From Octopus bimaculoides (Eukaryota), in assembly GCF_001194135.2 (NCBI RefSeq), contig NC_068991.1, positions 17,215,397-17,279,396 of the forward strand: a stretch of DNA of 64,000 bases, read 5' to 3'. Position numbers and translations under genes: made by a program. Positions 53,949 to 64,000 of the stretch are shown piece after piece. The notes beneath the pieces are model-generated. The model saw only the letters and a program-made list of their open reading frames with translations, ran no database searches and was not told where the DNA came from. Position 1 is the first letter of the stretch. Each line of letters opens with the position of its first letter.

Positions 53949-54009
53949 TTCTTTCTACTTTTGGGTATATCACCGAGTCTCAAACAATGCACTGCAAGAG
54001 CTTATGTAG
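53949..54009 (+). CDS. Candidate upstream Pellino exon (61 nt, phase 1-2): xLSTFGYITESQTMHCKSLC(S), with in-frame ATG at 53987
   Basis: Acceptor tgttttgtgtaattttcctcag| and donor AG|gtatgc. Stop-free in the frame that splices into 57106 (AG+T = Ser). ATG context is CAAACAATG. No homology support. Confidence 0.35.
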
Positions 54010-54352
54010 GTATGCGAGGAATTAAAAAAATTTTTTTTTTTTTGAGCTTTAGAAAATCTGTATTAATCCTTGATCACCTTGGAAAATGTGTGATTCATTA
54101 TTTTGTTATTTACTATTTGACTGATAATACAAAATAGTGGTTCTCTTTATTTTTTTCCCCTAATTTTTACTTTTAAGATATGTGTTCTGTTAATTTTCCT
54201 TGTGAAGTGTGCTTGTAATTTTATATATTCAATCTGCAGTGTGTCATAGTCAAAAACATGGAGGACCACTAGATTAGTGCATGGCCTAATGGTTAGGGTG
54301 TTGACCTTATAATCATAAGATTGTGGGTTTGATTCCTGGATTGGGCATCACA

Positions 54353-54666
54353 TTATTCTTTTTAAGCCTGGTACTTATTCTATCAATCAATTTTGCTGAA
54401 CTGCTAAGTTACAGAGACATAAACACACCGACATCAGTTTTCAAGCGATGGTGGTGGGGACAAACACAAGACAGAGACATACATACATACATATATATGT
54501 ATATGACAGGCTTCTCCTCAGTTTCCATCTACCAAATCCACTCAAAAGGTTTTGGTCGACCCGAGGCTACAGTAGAAGACACTTGCTCAAGGTGCCACAC
54601 AGTGGGACTGATCCCGGAACCATGTGGTTGGGAAGCAAGCTTCTTACCACAGCCATGCCTGAGCCT
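54353..54666 (-). mobile_element. SINE family A lacking the tail end
   Basis: Family A body. Preceded at ~54277-54350 by a plus-strand tRNA-like head of another SINE. Confidence 0.8.
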
Positions 54667-55877
54667 GTTATATATTAACTTTTATTCTTCTTCATATACA
54701 AGATTAATTTCACTTTAATTTTTTTTTTTTTTTTTTTTTTAATGATCCAAACTGTCTAATTAGAAATATCACCTGTCAGATCATTACTATTTAATTAAAT
54801 TCTGAGATTTCAGTTTTAGTTTAGATAAGTTTTGCCTCTTAATTCAAAACCTCAACAAAACTTTACATTTCACTAACATCCCTGATGGAAGTACAAATAC
54901 ATAGAGCTTCATTTCCGCACTTATGAATATTTAATTAATCATGAAGCTTTAAAAGCTATATAAGTAAAAAGAAAAATTTAAAAGAAAAAGTTTGCAGACT
55001 GTTTTAAATATGTTTTCCTTTAAATACAAGCGGCACCAGAAAAACCTCCCATATTTTATGCTGCCATTGGTGTGGTACTGGTAAAGTTAGGCTTGTGGTA
55101 ACAGTGTCATCATGTAGCTTAGTGTCTTTTTTGTTTTTAGTTACCATCATGGTTTGAATCTATGTATAACTATATATTTACTGTTAAAACATTTACCAAG
55201 AATAGTGAATCTGGGAGGGATTTCTTTTTTATACAACCTGTATAAAGTGACTTCAACTTCAATGTTTTTTGGTGACAATAACATAACTAACGAAAGACTT
55301 ATGATTATGGAGGATGATCACAACCTATCCAGTTGTTATTTATTGTTGTCTGGCTGTAGGTCAACCCTAATTTATCAAAGGCATTTTTGTCATGATCACA
55401 TAACATAAATATATCACATTACATAAATAAGAGTGTCTAAATGCTAGTTATTTGTCAGTAGATTGTAAATCTATTTATTTACTTTGTCATGGTTTTATAT
55501 TTTATAAAAAATATTAAACTGCAGTAATATACTAGGGGGACCCATGAATATTTCATGGAATTGATAATAAACCTATTGAGTTATTCCTGAAAACTTTATC
55601 CCAAAACTTGAAAGCGTAGCCTGTGTTGTGTCTGTATCAAAAGATAGTAGCTCATCTGCTATTCATTAAAAAGTGAAGGAAATTGGAATACGATGATTAC
55701 TTGATGCACTTTATATATACTTTATGCACAAATTTATGGACTTTACACAACACTCACAAAATAAATATTCCCTCGTTTTTCCATTTTGCCCCTAAACAGA
55801 AAAAATTACATTTTAAAATCACAATTTCATATCTAGGAAACAAAAATTTTATTGTAAAAAAATAATTTTATATGTAG

Positions 55878-56034
55878 ACTCTCGGAGTGGTTGGCGTTAG
55901 GAAGGGCATCCAGCTATAGAAACTCTGCCAGATCAGATTGGAGCCTGGTGCAGCCTTCTGGCTTGCCAGTCCTCAGTCAAATTGTCCAACCCATGCTAGC
56001 ATGGAAAGCGGACGTTAAACTATGATGATGATGA
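55878..56034 (+). mobile_element. Young 5'-truncated SINE family B, ~1.07 kb upstream of the Pellino exon
   Basis: GGAGTGGTTGGCGTTAGGAAGGGCATCC...GCGGACGTTAAACTATGATGAT. Confidence 0.9.
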
Positions 56035-56145
56035 GGAATATAGGTGTCACAATTTCACAGGGGTAAAAATTCAATGCAACATGGCATACTCTGGTAACTT
56101 ATAAACCAAGGTGATGGGTCAGAGCCAGTGAACATTTCAATTTGC

Positions 56146-56502
56146 ATACACCTTTCAGGAGGTATTGTTTTCAGTTGTGCGTATTTGTTTGTCCATGGAC
56201 AAAATATCTCAAGAACCGCTGGATGGATTCAGATGAAACTTTCAGGGATGTTAGGCCTCGTGACTGGCACAAACTGTTTAAATTTTGGGATCAATCTGGT
56301 ACTGGACAAGGATTCTGGATTATTTTTCCTGTTTTTTTACTTAATTTTTGAGAGCAATCGAGTTCATTTTTACTATTCTCGTTATTGAGAGCAGTCGAGT
56401 TTATTTCAGATATTCTCATTTTAACAATCATCTCTGGCTAATTGTTAAGAGGACGTTGGTGTTGCCTTGACGGAAGTTTTGTGCTCTCTGAGTGCTCATT
56501 TT
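56146..56502 (+). mobile_element. Helentron-associated (HINE/DINE-1-like) non-autonomous element
   Basis: 5' CCTTTCAGGAGGTATTGTTTTCAG, then TTTGTTTGTC, AATATCTCAAGAACCGCTGGATGGATTCAGATGAAACTTT, and a 3' CCTTGACGGAAG sub-TIR with a GTGCTCTCTGAGTGC hairpin and T-rich end. This is the block order I recall for HINEs. Confidence 0.65.
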
Positions 56503-56740
56503 AATTTTACTTGGTTTGTATTTATTATGATTTTATACATGTTAGATTTTATGAAATATATATTGTTCTTTTGTAAGATCTGGAATGTGATTTCAGGGAG
56601 ATTTTACTGCTTGTTCTAGTAAATCTAGTGACCACATAGCTGCTCCCTTGTGCTCAAGTATCTTATACTATGAGGGTCACCACACCTTATCCAGGTGTTT
56701 TTTGATTGTATATATACTCACTGCAGCTTATTCAGTTCAC

Positions 56741-56779
<39 letters not shown>

Positions 56780-57105
56780 NNNNNNNNNNNNNNNNNNNNN
56801 NNNNNTTTTTTTTTTTTTTTTTGTATTATCAGTTAATCATAACTTACCTATTAAAGTTACAAACAAAAATTGTGAATATCTTCTCAGCTGTAAGGAATTC
56901 TAAGGACCGGTATTTTGTGTCATGTTTCATGTTTATTACATTCTTGCATAAACACTTACACGCTCTAATACAAAATTTAAGAATGTGTGTTTGTGTTGTC
57001 ATCTTTTACTCTTTCATTGTGAATTTCTTGTCAGACAAGTACATCTCTGAAATTTATAAATATTGTTTTGACTAATTCCCTCTTTGTTTCTTTGTCTCTT
57101 TACAG

Positions 57106-57273
57106 TCCCTTCAAGGAAATTCCATCAGACAAAAGGTCTCACCACTCACAGCATTCGCACCATCCTATGTCCAAGCAGCATTATACTGATTCATGCTCCT
57201 CCTCTCGCTCTCCACCCTCAGTGGCTGGACTCAGTACAGACTGTGAAGATTATGGAGAATTAGTTGTCCTTGG
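57106..57273 (+). CDS. Pellino: Pellino E3 ubiquitin ligase, N-terminal coding exon (168 nt, phase 2-2): (S)PFKEIPSDKRSHHSQHSHHPMSKQHYTDSCSSSRSPPSVAGLSTDCEDYGELVVLG
   Basis: Branch-like GACTAAT (57070-57076), polypyrimidine tract and TACAG| acceptor, and a GG|GTAAAA donor at 57274. The frame is open across the exon, with an in-frame ATG at 57167. YGELVVLG matches the conserved Pellino N-terminus (human PELI1 KYGELIVLGYNG, Drosophila RYGELVILGYNG, from memory), with the intron inside the Gly codon as I recall for vertebrate PELI genes. Only about 9 conserved residues are visible. Confidence 0.8.
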
Positions 57274-57834
57274 GTAAAATTAAAAGAAATTTTCTCTATT
57301 TTTAATGTTTTTAAAATCAGTTTTCATTAACATATTCTTTGTATTCGAGCATCAAATCTGAACCTTGGATGCTTTATACTAAAAGTTGTTACTTATTTTC
57401 CCTTCACTTTGTCTATACATGCCATCCTAAATGGAAAGTTTTCTTTTTATTTTCGTATTTACTCAAATGTTCATTTGATTGTTTGGTAATGGTATGAATG
57501 ATATTGATAAGTTTTGTAGCTGAAACAGTGCCAGCTTTCTATCAAGCATTGGCCATCTAAAGCATTCATTCAGACAATTTCTATTCCTGTTTTCACTCTT
57601 AGGAATCCACTTAATAGGATTGTATGACAAATGGATGAGTTCTTTTTCCCCCTTACATATCTTTGTACACGAACTTTGCTAGCACCTCATATTCTTTACC
57701 CCATTGTCCATTTAATTTGCTCTACATTTATAAACAGGGTCTTTAATAATAATTGTCTCTATCTGAATTAGAATTTAGTTTGTTTCAACCCAACCCACAA
57801 AGCCAAACAAGTTTGACTCCCCTCTGTTTATACA

Positions 57835-57990
57835 GTTGCTTAGATTACTAGAAATAATAGCCAAATCTCCCCCCAAACCACACCCTACTATTTTAAGGTG
57901 ATTTAGTTTCTGATATACAAAAATGTGGGATGGTCATGGTTGAAATCCCTTTGATCATAGCTGGTACTGGGTTAAATAACAACAACAATG
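57835..57990 (+). repeat. Old dispersed repeat family F; many decayed copies (e.g. ~7500-7860, 13180-13370, 19240-19370, 28300-28470, 35920-36100, 59790-60000)
   Basis: Recurring CTAGAAATAATAGCCAAATCTCCC...CACACCCTAC...GGATGGTCATGG...TTTGATCATAG...AACAACAAC, or its reverse complement. Confidence 0.65.
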
Positions 57991-60242
57991 GCTGTATTTT
58001 GGTGTTTACTTCCTGCTGCAGAAATTTCCTATTGCATCCGTATGTTTTTCTGTCTTTTCCTTTCTCTTACTAAATATCAAAACAAAACAAAATAAAGAAA
58101 ATTGATAATGGGCCTCACTGTATTGGTTTTGTTGCACAGTGTATGTAACTTGTAAAGTGGTCTTTTGCCACTGTTGTATCTATCATTGTACAACCAATGT
58201 CGCTCTGACAGATATTGTTATATTCCAAAATCGTAGATAGCATGTTTCTCTCTGGCACTGTACAACCCCCCCAGTCACACAGTGTTATTATCCTCAAAGG
58301 GTTGGATTGTTATAACACCCACTGGATATCATAGCATAATTACTAGATCAATACAGACACGACTATCAACACAGTCAAACACATACTCTCATACTCTATG
58401 TACTCTCTCAATACTGGCTAGTGTCACTTTACTCATAGTGACTGGCTCGTTTCACTCATCACATAGGAGGGGTGTACCATTATTACTAATTCCCTACAGC
58501 ATCTCCCCTTTTTAGTTTTTCTTAGGAAGTGTCATTTTATCTTCTGTTGTAAGCCCAGGTCTGATCAAAGCTTTGTGAGTGGATTTGGTGAACAGAAAGT
58601 GAAAGAAGCTTTTTGTATGTAATATGTATATGTGTGTTTGTCCCCTCCACTGCTGACAACCACTGCTGGTTTGTTTACATCCTTGTAATGTAGCTGTTTG
58701 GTGAAAATGGGGTTGATATATTCAACTAAACCCTTGAAGGTAGTACTCCAACATGGTTATAGTCCAATGATTGAAACAAGTGAAGGGTGATTCAAACATA
58801 ATACAACAAATTATAAAATTATTAAAAGTAATTGTAATAATAATGATAATAATCATCATCATCATCATCATCATCATCATATGTCTGTTTTCCATGCTGT
58901 CATTGGTTGGATGGTTTAATATGAGCTAACCAGATACCCTTTCTAATATCAACCACTTTACAGAGTGTACTGGGTGCTTTTCATGTGCCACCAGCACAGG
59001 TATGTTTATGTAGCACTGGCATGAGTGCATTTTATGCGGCACTGACACCTGTAAGTATGGATGACTGCAGTTTTTACTTCGCTTTACACAGCAAATTACC
59101 ACAACTCCCGGTCCCATGTCATTTCTTCAGTGAGAAAGATCCTTTCTTACCACTTCATCCCACATCTTCTTTGGTTGACCCCTTCCTCAGGTTCCCTCTA
59201 CATTTAGAAATCAACACTTCTTTACACAATTGTCCCTATCCATACGTTAGCATGCCGGGTGAAATGCTTAGCGGTATTTCGTCTGTTTTTATGTTCTGAC
59301 TTTGCTTTTCATCCTTTCAGGGTTGATAAATTAAGTACCAGTTGCGCACTGGGGCTGATCTAATTGATGGCCGCCCCCACCCTCCCAAATTTTGGGCCTT
59401 GTGCCTAGAATAGAAAAGAATAAATTTCCAGTTTGTTTATAATTAATGTGGTCTTTTTATAAGCTGTATTCTGTAAACTTGATTCTAGGCTTGTTGAGTC
59501 ATACGTAAACATTTTGTGACACCATAGTTAATTACATACTTTCTCCTCTTTCTCTCTCTCTCTCTCCTCCCTCTTCACATACTTCTTATGTATCAGCCTT
59601 CTTTATTGCATTACTTTATTCAGTTCAGACACTTTTATTCTCTTTTTATAGCCTGTTAAAGTGTGCTTTGCTTCAGTGAGGATTTTTTTTTCTTTTTTTT
59701 TCTTTTTTCCCTTTTTTTATAGCATTTTCTGTTTGTTTTTGTTATTTTCCAATCTAGGTATGTTGCTAGAAAATATTCAGAAGTAGATTAAATAGTTGAC
59801 CTTTTGCTGTGACCTTTCGGTTCAGTTGTTGATTAGCAACAAGTCAACACTAATGAAGCGAAGGTGTTTCAGTGATGACCACTCTTTCCAAGGGCATCTA
59901 GGACTACAATATCTAATGTATCCCCCCCCCTCCACCTTTTATTTTGTGATGGTTGAGTGCAATCTGAATGATATCTGGCTGCTGTTTCTAGCAAATTAAA
60001 CAATCATGTACAGGATTTTTTTTTTGGCATGTATTGTGCTTAGTTTGTGTACAAGCATAACACTTCCAAAACCTGCAATTTCCTAAATGGAGTACTACAG
60101 GGATCCATTTTCTCATCCACCCTTTTCAGCTCAACTTGCCAGAAATGTCAGCCAAATCTCTTTGTGTCACACTTTGTCAGCAGGGCTTATACTTTCTTCT
60201 AATTTTAATTTTTTTATTTTAAACCCCTCCAGATGTGGGGGT

Positions 60243-60680
60243 GTCATCATCGCCATGTCTGTTTTACAATGCTTGCTTGAGTTGGATGGGTGTTCCCTTA
60301 CAGTGTTTTGTCACTTGTTGCATTCCTTTGACATCTCTTTTGCGAGATTTGGTGTACTGCAGCTTTTAGCACTTCTGCCTATGTCATCCTTGGTTTTCCT
60401 CTTCCACTGTCCCCTTCCTCATAGATCTCTTGGCACTTCTTTGCCATACCTGTCTCTTATCATCTATACACATTGCATTTGATTCCCCTTATACCTAGTT
60501 TTTTCTGCCAGCTCACCTGTACCTCATCAGTCATACATATGTAACATATTCAACTGAACATGTTTGCTTCATTTCTTTCCGGCCTTCTCATATCCTCTGC
60601 ATTCAGTACAAGTTTCCTGTATATAAAAATATCAGTTCCCTGTATGCTGAAGACATAGTGTTTAAATGGATGACATCTGC
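60243..60680 (-). mobile_element. Degraded RTE-clade LINE, 3' end
   Basis: Minus-strand translation gives NAEDMRRPERNEANMFS*IC, KKLGIRGIKCNVY and GRGKPRMT*AEVLK, typical of RTE ORF C-termini. Ends in a tail homologous to SINE family B. Confidence 0.8.
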
Positions 60681-61209
60681 TTGGTGAAAGAATGTTATGG
60701 TTGGACAGACAAACAAGTTATTGTTTAGGCCCCAAGCCAATCAGGCAAACAAACCTGTAATCAGATATTTTATCCATCACTATCCTTTTATTGAAACTGG
60801 TTATATTTAAGAGTACATTATGTGATTTGAGATAGGTTGAACAGCCCTGTAGAGTCTCTTTTGGTGGTGGAAGACACAAGTGACATACATTAAGTTAAGG
60901 AAGAAAATTTACCAAGGATATTAAAACTCTCAGCAAAATAACACCGGATTTACAAGAATGGCAATACGCCATTATCTTTCCCCTTCCAACTGTCATATTT
61001 GTAGGCCCCACCCAGACTGGTGAGATCAAACATCTGAATGTTAATTATGCTGGGAAAATGCAGTGAGAGAACTGGGATCTTTGTTTGTCTGATACTCTGA
61101 TACTGCAGTATTTGATACCCCTTTACATTAAATTCAAATCCCACACTAAACCAGAAACGTCTTAGGAAAGTGTAGTTATTTAAATTGTCTTGCATTTTCA
61201 TATATGTAA

Positions 61210-61241
<32 letters not shown>

Positions 61242-61626
61242 NNNNNNNNNNNNNNNNNNNNNNNNNNNNNNNNNNNNNNNNNNNNNNNNNNNNNNNNNNN
61301 NNNNNNNNNNNNNNNNNNNNNNNNNNNNNNNNNNNNNNNNNNNNNNNNNNNNNNNNNNNNNNNNNNNNNNNNNNNNNNNNNNNNNNNNNNNNNNNNNNNN
61401 NNNNNNNNNNNNNNNNNNNNNNNNNNNNNNNNNNNNNNNNNNNNNNNNNNNNNNNNNNNNNNNNNNNNNNNNNNNNNNNNNNNNNNNNNNNNNNNNNNNN
61501 NNNNNNNNNNNNNNNNNNNNNNNNNNNNNNNNNNNNNNAGACCAATCAATGGTTCACTGTACTTATTTATAATAGTGATAAGGGATTTTCTGTGTAACTT
61601 GGTGTGAAACAAATACCATAGAAGGT

Positions 61627-61725
61627 ATCATCATCATCATCGTTTAATGTCCGCTTTCCGTGCTAGCATGGGTTGGACGATTTGACTGAGGACTGGTGAA
61701 ACCGGATGGCAACACCAGGCTCCAA
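61627..61725 (-). mobile_element. Young SINE family B, 3' end
   Basis: About 100 bp of tail matching 40686 and 44444. Confidence 0.9.
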
Positions 61726-61774
61726 GCATCAGTTTTGGGTTTTTATTTTTTTTCACTGATATGCATCAGCAAAA

Positions 61775-61815
<41 letters not shown>

Positions 61816-62235
61816 GCACATCACACTCTACACAGTTTCCACTTATCAAATTTCATCAATAGGCCATTGGTAACTTTGAAGCTATGGTAGAGTACATTTG
61901 TCTGAGGTGCTGGGCAGTGGGATTGAATCTAGGATCATTTTGTTCATCATCCTCTTCATCATTTAATGTCAAGTTTTCTTCCATACATGTATCTGTCAGA
62001 TGGAATTTGTTGAGACAGATTTTCCATGGCCCTTCCTGTCTGTTGCCAACCATCTCCTGTTTCCAAGCAAAGTAATGTTTCTTTATGGCCAGATATGTTT
62101 TCCATAGAAGACTGGAAATGCACAACATGACTTGTACTACAGTAATATCATGACAAAGATACATACACACATATCTGCATATCTATATACCTATCGATCT
62201 TTCTGTACACATACACAACTGGCTTCTTTCAGTTT

Positions 62236-62469
62236 CTTATTTCTTTATTGCCCACAAGGGGCTAAACATAGAGGGGACAAACAAGGACAGACAAAGGGAT
62301 TAAGCCGATTACATCGATCCCAGTGCGTAACTAGTACTTAATTTATCGACCTCGAAAGGATGAAAGGCAAAGTTGACCTCGGCGGAATTTGAACTCAGAA
62401 TGTAACAGCAGACGAAATACCGCTAAGCATTTCGCCCGGCGCTAATGATTCTGACAGCTTGCCGCCTTT
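62236..62469 (-). mobile_element. Full-length young tRNA-derived SINE family C, inserted into a family A copy
   Basis: Minus-strand head AAGGCGGCAAGCTGTCAGAATCATTAGCGCCGGGCGAAATGCTTAG...GAGTTCAAATTCCGCC. Flanked by the direct repeat TTTCAGTTT (62227-62235 and 62470-62478). Confidence 0.9.
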
Positions 62470-62764
62470 TTTCAGTTTTTGTCTACCAAATCCACTCACA
62501 AGGTTTCGATCAGCCTGGGGCTATAATAAAAGATAATTTGCCCAAGGTGCCATACACTAGGACTGAACCTGACACCACATGTTTATGAAGCAAGCTTCTT
62601 AACCATACAGCCATGCCTGCACTTTATTGTAAAGTGAAGTTCTTGACCATAATTTGGTACATATTTTTTTTATTTGAAGGATGGAAATAAACTATACAAT
62701 TTCAAATTCAGGACAGGATAGGGGATAAAATGAAATGACAGTAAGACATGTAATCTGACGCTTA

Positions 62765-63403
62765 ACAACAACAACAACAGTAATCATCCTTTCTGCTGTA
62801 GGCTTATGGTCTGAAATTTTGGGGAGTGGGGCTAGTTGATTACGTCAACCCCAGTGTTTGACGGTACTTTTATTTATTAATCCTATAATGAAGAGAGGCT
62901 AAGTCAATCCTAGTGGTATTTGAACACAGAACAGAAAGCTGGAAGAAATGCTGCTAAATATGGTGTAGCTCACCACCTGAAATAATGATGTCAAATTTTG
63001 GTGCAGTGCTTATTTTATCGACCCCATACGGATGACAGGTAAAGTCGATCTCAACGACTCAGAACTCAATATGTAAAATCAGAAGAAATACCACTAAGCA
63101 ATTTGTCTGGCATGCTGATGATTCTGCTAGCTTGCTGCCTTAATAATAATAATAATCTTTCAAACATAATCACAATGCTTGAAATTTGGTGGAGAGGAAT
63201 AATCAATTATATAAACTCCAGTACTTGTCTGATTTGTGATTTTATCACTCCCAGAAGGATAAAAGGCAAAACTTACCTCAGTTGGATTTGAACTCAAAAT
63301 ATAAGGATGTGAGACAATAATGATAATTCGTTTTAACTTGGCACAAGGCAAGTAAATTCGAGGGGAGAGGGCAAGTCAAATACATCAATCCCCAGTACTT
63401 AAC

Positions 63404-63440
<37 letters not shown>

Positions 63441-63790
63441 CAGTTCTATTATAGGCACAAAGCCTAAAATCTGGTGGGAGAGGGTTAGTCAATTACATTG
63501 ACTAAGCATTTCGTCTAGTGTGCTAACGATTCTGCCATCTCGCTGCTTTAATATTAATAATCCTTTCTACTATAGGGACAAGGCCTGAGCTTTTGCGGGA
63601 GGGAGCTAATTGATTACATCGATCCAGGTACTAAACTAGTTCTTACTTTTGTTTGGTCTCAAAAGGATGCAAGGCAAAGTCAACCTTGTCAGAATTTGAG
63701 CCCAGAATGTAAATCTGGAAGAAATGCTCCAGAAAATTTTGTCCAGCATGCTAACAAATTTGCCAGTTTTCTTCCTTAATAATAATAATA
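62765..63790 (-). mobile_element. Array of about six diverged family C-type SINE copies, head-to-tail, joined by (ATT)n/(GTT)n tails
   Basis: Repeated blocks AATCCTTTCT...GAAATTTT-GGG...GATTACATCGA...AAAGGATG-AAGGCAAAGTC...TTTGAACTCAGAA, separated by (AAT)n. Confidence 0.75.
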
Positions 63791-64000
63791 ATGATGTTAA
63801 TATATCATAGATTTATTACAAGTAAGTTTCATTAAACAGCTGCTGTTTGCTATGTTAATCTTCGGTTTAATATGATGCAGTTTTGGCTGACCACTGTGTT
63901 TTGCACTTATTCAGTCTATACACAATTTGGGGATGAAGGGGTGCTATTCACGTGTCGTTAGAGTGTATTATTGTGTATTCACGTGTTTCTAGTATGTAGT

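Noticed and set aside
61539-61607. RPINGSL after the gap, resembling Pellino YNGSL
   Set aside because: The flanking residues (YLFIIV) do not match PxGDRGRR, and there is no acceptor at the right position.

Overview
AT-rich, repeat-dense eukaryotic DNA with six assembly gaps. The SINE content, microsatellites and long introns point to an Octopus genome (inference). I can support one protein-coding exon with confidence, 57106-57273 (+). It has a clean branch point, acceptor and donor, and ends in DYGELVVLG|, the N-terminal YGELxxLG|YNG motif of Pellino E3 ubiquitin ligases, with a phase-2 intron where I recall the vertebrate PELI intron. The window is therefore probably the 5' part of Pellino (large introns plus 5' exons). 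The next coding exon (YNG...GDRGRR) was not found and probably lies downstream. Three weaker candidate upstream exons are phase-compatible with this exon. The rest is transposon-derived: at least five SINE families, RTE LINE 3' fragments, a deleted Tc1/mariner (maT-like) element with intact TIRs, a hAT/Charlie transposase relic and MITE, about eight piggyBac-type TTAA MITEs, and a Helentron-associated (HINE-like) element. There are also two motif-rich minisatellites. I found no CRISPR array, rRNA or intact tRNA gene, and no evidence for a new multi-gene system. The best leads are the Pellino 5' architecture, the two minisatellites, and close inverted SINE pairs that could form dsRNA in the pre-mRNA.
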